This document shows, one piece after another, positions 57,517 through 64,000 of a stretch of 64,000 nucleotides of DNA. Both the position numbers and the translations under genes were made by a program. The stretch is from an uncultured Verrucomicrobiae bacterium (GTDB taxonomy: Bacteria > Verrucomicrobiota > Verrucomicrobiia > Chthoniobacterales > JAATET01), in the NCBI GenBank assembly GCA_963719495.1, contig CAVRCI010000014.1, forward strand, positions 32,001 through 96,000. The letters run 5' to 3'. Within the stretch, counting starts at the first letter, position 1; each line of letters begins with the position of its first letter. The notes beneath the pieces are model-generated. The model worked only from the letters and a program-made list of their open reading frames with translations. It had not been told where the DNA came from and searched no databases.

Positions 57517-58728
57517 TCATTGGAGCGGCTGGGGAAATTGTTTTCGAGAAGATCGACGTTTGCGTCCCTGGCGTGTTTTCGGGGTTTTCATGTCTTCAAT
57601 TTTTTCCTTGGCCAGGCCGGATCGGGAAGGCGTTTGCCCGTCCGCGTCACGGCGCTGGCTTCGGAGCTTTTGGGATTCAGGAAAGTTCGTGTAGGAACGC
57701 CCCTGGGTCAAGAGGCTCCAGGTGATTCGGGCCATCCGGCGGGCGGTGGCCAGAATGGCGGTGTTGGCTTTCTTGCCGTGAGCGCGTTTGTTTTTGTAGT
57801 AGTCGCCGAAGTAGGGCGAGCAGCCAACGGCTACCCAGGCGGCCTCGACGAAGGCCCAACGCAGCCACTTGTTGCACTGGGGCAGCAGGCGTCCGTGGTA
57901 GGTCTTACCGCCGCTGCTGCTCGTCGCCGGGCAGAGTCCCGCGTAGCCGCAGAGCTTCTGCGCGGAGGCAAAGCGCGAGATGTCGTCGATCTCGGCGACG
58001 ACAACCGCGGCGAGGATGGGTCCCATCCCGGGGAGACTGCAGACGTGGGTGAGCTCGGGGCTTTGGCTCATGAGATCTTTGAGCGCTGCCTCGTCTTGGC
58101 GGATGCGAGCGACCAACTCGTTGTGGAGGGCGAGTTGCTGGGTCAGGAGCATGCCTGCTGGTTCGGGCAACTCGAGCTTCTCCAGAAAACTCAGTCCCTT
58201 CTTGCCGAAGAGGTCGCTGCAGACAGGAAGTTTAAGTTCGTGCTGCCCACCAAGTAACCGGTGGATGCGGTTGCGCAGCATCGTGCGTTGGCGCACGAAG
58301 AAACAGCGCTGGCGCAGCACGTTCTTGATGTCGCGGGTCTCGCGACTGGGGATGTGGACGCTCGAAATCAAATTGGCCCGCAACAGATTGGCCAACGCTC
58401 GGGCGTCGATCTTATCGGTCTTGATTTGGGCCTCGGCGATGATCCGCGTCTTAAACGGGTTGGCCAACACGATGTTCTCGGCGGGCATCACCTGCTCGAG
58501 AATCTCGTAGAGCCAGTGCCAGTTCATGCTCGCTTCGAAGACGATCCGGCACCCCGGCCACCGCTCGACGAGCCGCCCAAAATCTCCGCTGATCGCGTGC
58601 TCGATGCGCCCTTGGCCGAGCACCTCGCCGTGGCCATCAACCACGCAATAGACGCTGTATCGCTTGTGATAATCGATGCCAATGAAGCTCGATTCCGTCG
58701 GTAGGCTTTTTGGTTGGGTTTTCATCAC
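57517..58728 (-). CDS. IS110-family DEDD recombinase (protein identical to copy 1)
   Basis: Identical 403-aa translation in the ORF track. Confidence 0.96.
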   Translation of the reverse strand: MMKTQPKSLPTESSFIGIDYHKRYSVYCVVDGHGEVLGQGRIEHAISGDFGRLVERWPGCRIVFEASMNWHWLYEILEQVMPAENIVLANPFKTRIIAEAQIKTDKIDARALANLLRANLISSVHIPSRETRDIKNVLRQRCFFVRQRTMLRNRIHRLLGGQHELKLPVCSDLFGKKGLSFLEKLELPEPAGMLLTQQLALHNELVARIRQDEAALKDLMSQSPELTHVCSLPGMGPILAAVVVAEIDDISRFASAQKLCGYAGLCPATSSSGGKTYHGRLLPQCNKWLRWAFVEAAWVAVGCSPYFGDYYKNKRAHGKKANTAILATARRMARITWSLLTQGRSYTNFPESQKLRSQRRDADGQTPSRSGLAKEKIEDMKTPKTRQGRKRRSSRKQFPQPLQ

Positions 58729-58864
58729 CCCAACCTACACCATTCATTTTATCAGGCTCTCCGGGCCCCACTTCCCAGCAACGCTCTATTCATCAGCCTT
58801 TCATGCCGCCTGACCCCTTCGTGTGTCCGGAGCCTCTGGTGGCGGGGGAAGTGGGGGAGTTTTC

Positions 58865-58990
58865 GAAGAGGGGTCGGTCATTCATATGGACCTATTTAGG
58901 ATTCTGAGGATGTTCGATTCAAGGGGTTCGAAATACTTCAGCCGACCGGCGCAATTTGCAAATGTGTCAATATGAATGACCGACCCCTTC
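58865..58990. mobile_element. Subtype D element, empty copy 4
   Basis: Same sequence as 54839-54964. Confidence 0.9.
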
Positions 58991-59091
58991 GCCGGTGACT
59001 CGTTTTTCCAAGGGGCCCCCATTGATTTGAGTGCGTGGACGAGACGTCCTCCCCCCGTTTTCGGCAACTCTCCAGGCGCTTCGAAGATGCG

Positions 59092-61236
59092 CTACGCGGT
59101 CACGGTAAGCGACGCCGACAGCGTGGCCGTCGAATCCTCGCCGCACCAGACCGTGAACTCGCCCGGCTCGACCAGCCATTTGCCGGTAGGCGAGAAATAG
59201 CCGAGCTCTTCCGCGCCCAATTCGAACGTCACCTCGCGTGCCTCGCCCGGCTGAAGCGAGATCCGCTCGAAGCCACGGAGTTCGCGGACTGGACGGGTGT
59301 GGGCCGAGAACTCGTCGCGGACGTAACATTGGACGACCGTCTCGCCGACGAGCGTTCCGGTGTTTCGCACCGCGACGCGGACCGTCGCCGTCCCACCGAC
59401 CGGAATGGTCTCGGGCGTGACGATCACGTTTCGCAATTCGAACGTCGTGTAGCTGCGCCCGAATCCGAAGGGATAGCGCGGGTCGTCGAGGTTGTCGCGG
59501 TAGCGCCGGTCCGAGTACCGGTCCGTGATGTCGGTCGGACGCCCGGTCGAGAGTTGGGCGTAATATTGCGGGACGTGGCCGACCGAGCGCGGCAGCGTGA
59601 TCGGGAGTTTGCCCGACGGGTTCTCGTCGCCGAAGAGAACGTCAGCCACGCAGCGACCGCCCGAGATGCCGGGATGCCAGCAGTAAACGACCGCATCCAC
59701 GCCGCTCAACGCGCTCAAATCCAGCGGCCGTCCGGCGAATACAACCGCGACGATCGGGATGCCCACACTGCGCAGGGAATCGACGAGCGCCGACTGCCCG
59801 GCGGGCAACTCGAGGGTCGCCAGGCTGTTCGCCTCGCCGCTGCGGGCGTCGGATTCTCCGAGGAAAAGGACGACCGCTTCGCAGAAGCGCGCGTGGGGGA
59901 GGAGTTCGTCCACGAGTTCGGACGTCATCGCATTCCGCGGATCGGCGAGCTTTTCTCGGAAGGCGGTCAGTGGCGTGACGACGTCCTCGGTCCGACCGTC
60001 CAGGCACCACGTCCCGAGCATCGCCCGGGCTGCGTTCGCGAGTGGACCGCCGACCAGATAGCGGACTCCCGTCTTCCGCAGCGGCAGGACGTTGTGGTTG
60101 TTTTCCAGAAGAACGACGGACTTCCGCGCGATTTCGAGCGCCGTTTCGACGTGATCGACCCGCAGGTGGTCGCGAGCCGCCGCCGCCTCGTCCGGGTAGG
60201 GATCGTCGAACAACCCGAAACGTTCCTTCACCGCGAGGATGCGCCCCACGGCCTCGTCGAGCCGCGCCTCCGGCACGAATCCGGACTCGACCAGCTTGGG
60301 CAGGAACTCGACGAACGCACCGGTCACCATGTCCATGTCGGCCCCGGCGTTGGCCGCGAGCGCGGTGGCGGCCTCGCGGGTTTCCGCGACCCGGTGCGCG
60401 ACCAGCTCGCCGACCGCGTTCCAGTCGGTGACGACGACTCCGTCGAAGCCCAATTTCTCGCGCAAGATTTCCGTGAGCAGACGACGGTTCCCGGCGGCGG
60501 GCATTCCGCCGAACGATTGAAACGCCGACATCATCGAGGCGACGCCCGCCCGGATCGCCGCGATGAAGGTCGGCAAATAAACGTTCCAAAGCGCGTATTC
60601 ACTGATCTCGGAGACGTGGTAATCGCGCCCGCCCTCGGCAGCGCCGTAGCCGACGAAATGCTTTGCGCAAGCCGCCATCGCCGTGCCGTCACCGTCGTCT
60701 TCCTGGATCCCCCGCACGGCGGCCTCGGTCAGCCGCGACGCCAGCCACGGATCCTCGCCGAAGCCTTCCGCCACGCGTCCCCAGCGCGGATCGCGCCCGA
60801 TGTCGACCATGGGCGTGAAAGTCCACCGGATCCCGTCCGCCACCGCCTCCCGAGCCATGGCCCGCGCCATCCGGCGGACCAACTCCGGCGACCACGCCGC
60901 GGCCTGACCCAGCGGAATCGGGCCGACCGCGCGATGACCATGAATCACGTCCCGCCCGGCGGTGAACGGAATGCCCAGCCGCGACCGTTCGACGGCAATG
61001 CGCTGGAGGTCGTTCAGCCACTGCGAGGACGGACGATCCTGCTCCTCGTTCCCCGCGAAAGCCGTGCTTGCGCAGATCAGTGAGCCGACGCCGCCCGCGG
61101 CGATCAGCTCCTCGATTCCGTCGTCCCCGATCCGCGCCTGATTCATCTGGCCGGCCTTCTCGGCGATCGTCATGGAGGCCAGAAGATCCCGGACTCGGGG
61201 CGTGAGCGGGTGGAGCGGGGATGGGGTGGTCGTCAC
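59092..61236 (-). CDS. GH3 beta-glucosidase (BglX-like) with Fn3-like domain
   Basis: DVIHGH, RDPRWGRVAEGFGEDP, CAKHFVGYG, VVTDW, NPSGKLP, YPFGFG.SYTTF. Confidence 0.94.
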   Translation of the reverse strand: MTTTPSPLHPLTPRVRDLLASMTIAEKAGQMNQARIGDDGIEELIAAGGVGSLICASTAFAGNEEQDRPSSQWLNDLQRIAVERSRLGIPFTAGRDVIHGHRAVGPIPLGQAAAWSPELVRRMARAMAREAVADGIRWTFTPMVDIGRDPRWGRVAEGFGEDPWLASRLTEAAVRGIQEDDGDGTAMAACAKHFVGYGAAEGGRDYHVSEISEYALWNVYLPTFIAAIRAGVASMMSAFQSFGGMPAAGNRRLLTEILREKLGFDGVVVTDWNAVGELVAHRVAETREAATALAANAGADMDMVTGAFVEFLPKLVESGFVPEARLDEAVGRILAVKERFGLFDDPYPDEAAAARDHLRVDHVETALEIARKSVVLLENNHNVLPLRKTGVRYLVGGPLANAARAMLGTWCLDGRTEDVVTPLTAFREKLADPRNAMTSELVDELLPHARFCEAVVLFLGESDARSGEANSLATLELPAGQSALVDSLRSVGIPIVAVVFAGRPLDLSALSGVDAVVYCWHPGISGGRCVADVLFGDENPSGKLPITLPRSVGHVPQYYAQLSTGRPTDITDRYSDRRYRDNLDDPRYPFGFGRSYTTFELRNVIVTPETIPVGGTATVRVAVRNTGTLVGETVVQCYVRDEFSAHTRPVRELRGFERISLQPGEAREVTFELGAEELGYFSPTGKWLVEPGEFTVWCGEDSTATLSASLTVTA

Positions 61237-61488
61237 GTTTTGAATAGGAAAGTTGGTTTCGCGGATTGGATGATCGGCTTCCGCAAACTTACCCATTTGT
61301 CAGCATGAAAACAACGGTCCCCTCGCGCTCTCGTCCCTTGTTTTGGCCTTGTTCCCGACTGCCCCCGCCCTCGCCGAACCCATCGCCTACGAGGGTCTCG
61401 AGTCCGGCTCGACCTCCGGGGCGAGGGTTTTGCTCTGTTTTTCCGTCTCCCTTGCGTGGGGGTGGGGGTTTTTGCGATAGGTATCGGT

Positions 61489-63420
61489 ATGCTGTCAATT
61501 TCTGGGGTTTCGAAGGCTTTTTCGGGACGGGTGCTATTTGAAAACGCTTCGGTGCAGATCAATCGGTCGGATCGCGTGGGGCTCGTTGGGGCCAATGGCG
61601 CGGGGAAGACGACGTTGTTTTCGCTGATTCTGAGCGAGGATCAGCCGGACGATGGGGTGGTGAGTTTTCAGCGTGGGGTGCAGGTGGGGTTTCTGCCGCA
61701 GGAGAGTGCGCCGGTGGGCGAGGAGACGGTGCTGGGGTTGGCGACGGGTCGGGTGACGGCGGCGGCGGGGCCGGAGGAAGCGGATGACTTCGAGGTGGAC
61801 TACGGGGCGGAGGTGGAGGCGCTGTCGCGGGAGCCGAAGGCGAAGCGGATCTTGTCGGGGTTGGGCTTTCGGGAATCGGATTTCGACAAGGCGGCGAAGA
61901 CGCTGAGTGGTGGGTGGGTGATGCGGGCGCATTTGGCGCGGTTGCTGGTCGTGGAGCCGGACATTCTCTTGCTGGATGAGCCGACGAACCATTTGGACCT
62001 TGAGGCGTTGATGTGGTTTCAGGCCTACCTGCGGACCTACAGCGGGGCATTCATCGTGATCTCGCATGATCGCGAGTTTTTGAACGTGTTGGTGAATACG
62101 GTGATCGAGATTCGCAATTCGCGGCTTTGGCGTTACGTCGGGAACTACGACAAATTTCTCTCGTCCCGCGCCGAAGCCATCGAGCAGCAGCGGGCGGCCT
62201 ACGAGAATCAGCAGAAGGAGATCGCGCACATTCAGTCGTTCATCGACCGGTTCCGGGCGAAGGCGAGCAAGGCGGCGCAGGCGCAGGCGCGGATGAAGCA
62301 GCTGGACCGGATGGAGCGGTTGCCGCCGCCGGAGGAATTGGCGGCCGGGATTCATTTTAAGTTCCCGCAGCCGGGGCGGGCGGGTCAGCGCATGATGACG
62401 CTCAAGGACGTGGATCAGGCTTACGGCGACAAGCGGGTTTACGAGGATCTCAATTTCGAGATCGAGCGGGGCGACCGGATTGTGCTCGTCGGGCCGAACG
62501 GGGCGGGGAAGTCGACTTTGCTGAAAATTCTGGCCGACGTGTTGCCGATCTGCGGCGGTGAGCGGGTGGTGGGGCACAACGTGAAGGTGGGTTACTACGC
62601 GCAGTATCGCGTGGACATGCTGGACGAGAGCCGGACGGTGCTCGATGAAGCGCGGGCGGGGGCGACGGGGGGATCGGAAGAGTTCACGCGGACGGTGCTG
62701 GGGGCGTTTCTCTTTAGTGGTGAGTCGGTTTTCAAGCCGGTCGGCGTGTTGAGCGGTGGGGAGAAGAGCCGGTTGGCGCTGGTGAAGTTGCTGCTGGATC
62801 CGCCGAATTTGTTGCTGATGGACGAGCCGACGACGCACCTGGACATTCCGAGCATCGACGCGCTGATCGGGGCGCTGAAGCAGTTCGAGGGGACGGTCGT
62901 GTTCATTAGTCACGACGTGTATTTCATTCGCTCGATTGCCGAGCAGGTGCTGCACGTGCAGGCGGGGCAGATCACGCGTTACGCGGGGGATTATCAGTAT
63001 TTTCTGGATAAGACGCAGGCGACGTCGGAGCGGGAGGCGATCACTTCGTCGGACCCGAAGTTGGCGAATTTTCAGCCGAGCGAGGTGGCGGTTGAAGCGC
63101 CGAAACGGGAGCGGGTTTTCAAGACGAAGCAGCAGAAGCGGGCGGAGGCCGAGGCGCGTCAGGCGAAGTCGCGGGCGAAGAAGGAATTGCAGGACGAGGT
63201 GCGGCGGCTCGAGCAGGAGGTCTTCCGGCTGGAGGCGGAGGAGAAGGCGCTCGCCGGCAAATTGGAGGATCCGGCGACTTACGACGATCCTTCGTTGGCG
63301 ATGAATTTGAACCGCGAGATGATGGGCGTGGCGGAGACCTTGGGTCGGATGACGGCGGATTGGGAGGCGGCGGCTGGAAGAATGGCGGAGCTGGAGAGTG
63401 GGGAGTTGGTGGAGGCGTGA
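61489..63420 (+). CDS. ABC-F family ATPase (YheS/Uup-like)
   Basis: Two ABC domains (GANGAGKT, LSGGW, LDEPTNHLD; GPNGAGKS, LSGGEK), no TM segments, C-terminal coiled coil. Confidence 0.95.
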   Translation: MLSISGVSKAFSGRVLFENASVQINRSDRVGLVGANGAGKTTLFSLILSEDQPDDGVVSFQRGVQVGFLPQESAPVGEETVLGLATGRVTAAAGPEEADDFEVDYGAEVEALSREPKAKRILSGLGFRESDFDKAAKTLSGGWVMRAHLARLLVVEPDILLLDEPTNHLDLEALMWFQAYLRTYSGAFIVISHDREFLNVLVNTVIEIRNSRLWRYVGNYDKFLSSRAEAIEQQRAAYENQQKEIAHIQSFIDRFRAKASKAAQAQARMKQLDRMERLPPPEELAAGIHFKFPQPGRAGQRMMTLKDVDQAYGDKRVYEDLNFEIERGDRIVLVGPNGAGKSTLLKILADVLPICGGERVVGHNVKVGYYAQYRVDMLDESRTVLDEARAGATGGSEEFTRTVLGAFLFSGESVFKPVGVLSGGEKSRLALVKLLLDPPNLLLMDEPTTHLDIPSIDALIGALKQFEGTVVFISHDVYFIRSIAEQVLHVQAGQITRYAGDYQYFLDKTQATSEREAITSSDPKLANFQPSEVAVEAPKRERVFKTKQQKRAEAEARQAKSRAKKELQDEVRRLEQEVFRLEAEEKALAGKLEDPATYDDPSLAMNLNREMMGVAETLGRMTADWEAAAGRMAELESGELVEA

Positions 63421-63496
63421 GAGGGAATGCTTTGGGAGCCGCTAATGGACGCGAATGAACGCGAATGGATTTTCGTGGGAGGAGTGATGCGAAATC

Positions 63497-63553
63497 GGGG
63501 GGAGGACGTCTCGTCCTCGCGTTTAGAGCATCGTGAGGGCGGGACGCCCTCAC
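63497..63553 (+). repeat. Short palindromic intergenic repeats
   Basis: GGGGGGAGGACGTCTCGTCCTCGCGTT is the reverse complement of 56873-56899 (variant at ~59030-59056). Adjacent hairpin GTGAGGGCG-GGA-CGCCCTCAC. Confidence 0.6.
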
Positions 63554-63601
63554 CCCGTTTGTTGGCACGGCGGATCGCCCGTTTTTCCTGAAGACGCGCC
63601 G

Positions 63602-64000
63602 ATGACTGAGAATAGGAGCGCTGGATTCTCGGAGCCGGTTTTTGTGGGGCGGGGGTTGACGAAGGTCTATGCCTCGGGGGAGGTGGAGGTGCGGGCGCTC
63701 GATGGGGTGGATCTGGATCTTTTTGCGGGGGAGCTGGTGATTCTTTTGGGGGCTTCGGGGAGTGGGAAGTCGACCCTGCTCAATAATCTGGGTGGGTTGG
63801 ACGTGCCGACGGATGGGACGCTGACCTATCGGGGGCGGGATCTCGGCGGGGCGGATGATGATGAGCTGACGCTGTTTCGGCGGGACGCGGTGGGGTTCGT
63901 TTTTCAGTTCTACAATTTGATCCCGAGTCTAACGGCGCGGGAGAACGTGGCGCTCATCACCGAGATCGCTCGCGATCCGATGACGCCGGAGGAGGCGCTC
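63602..64000 (+). CDS. LolD/MacB-like ABC transporter ATP-binding protein (partial)
   Basis: Manual translation: [10 protein letters not shown]...[19 protein letters not shown]...[20 protein letters not shown]. Confidence 0.92.
   Translation, partial: MTENRSAGFSEPVFVGRGLTKVYASGEVEVRALDGVDLDLFAGELVILLGASGSGKSTLLNNLGGLDVPTDGTLTYRGRDLGGADDDELTLFRRDAVGFVFQFYNLIPSLTARENVALITEIARDPMTPEEAL

Larger units (their letters stand above)
57218..58811 (-). mobile_element. IS110-family element, copy 2
   Basis: Offset of 1987 bp from copy 1; same insertion nucleotide in the D element. Confidence 0.9.

Noticed and set aside
54778..58990. Possible CRISPR array or integron attC cassette array
   Set aside because: Units are 126-bp inverted-repeat elements with very unequal spacing. 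Inserts are gene fragments, not whole cassettes. I saw no attC core pairs or integrase.

Overview
GC-rich bacterial DNA, very likely Verrucomicrobia (Chthoniobacterales-like), judged from a Verru_Chthon pilin-like cassette, three PEP-CTERM genes and C/A-rich leaders without Shine-Dalgarno sites. Most of the window is metabolic. It holds a pirin/YcaC/YtcJ-amidohydrolase cluster with a GAF sensor kinase and NarL-type regulator (5.8-19.3 kb). It also holds a ~42 kb glycan-utilisation region (GH9, GH51-like, two GH74-like, GH4, GH20, GH28-like, DUF4038, GH3, deoC/rbsK, two LacI, PEP-CTERM and prepilin-type genes); many of its promoters share a 16-bp RTGCAWC..GCAC motif. Two rearrangement hotspots (0.3-4.4 kb and 54.6-59.0 kb) are built from GAAGGGGTC-ended inverted-repeat elements. 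Their outer ends are stuttered in nested partial copies and abut the gene-end truncations I found. These repeats are in turn targeted by an IS4-type MITE and by two IS110/IS1111-group elements inserted at the same nucleotide, whose 3' non-coding regions carry candidate bridge/seek-RNA guides. An IS1202-type element with a 16-bp target duplication and a REP-carrying MITE are also present. All calls come from reading the sequence and motifs by eye; no searches were run.
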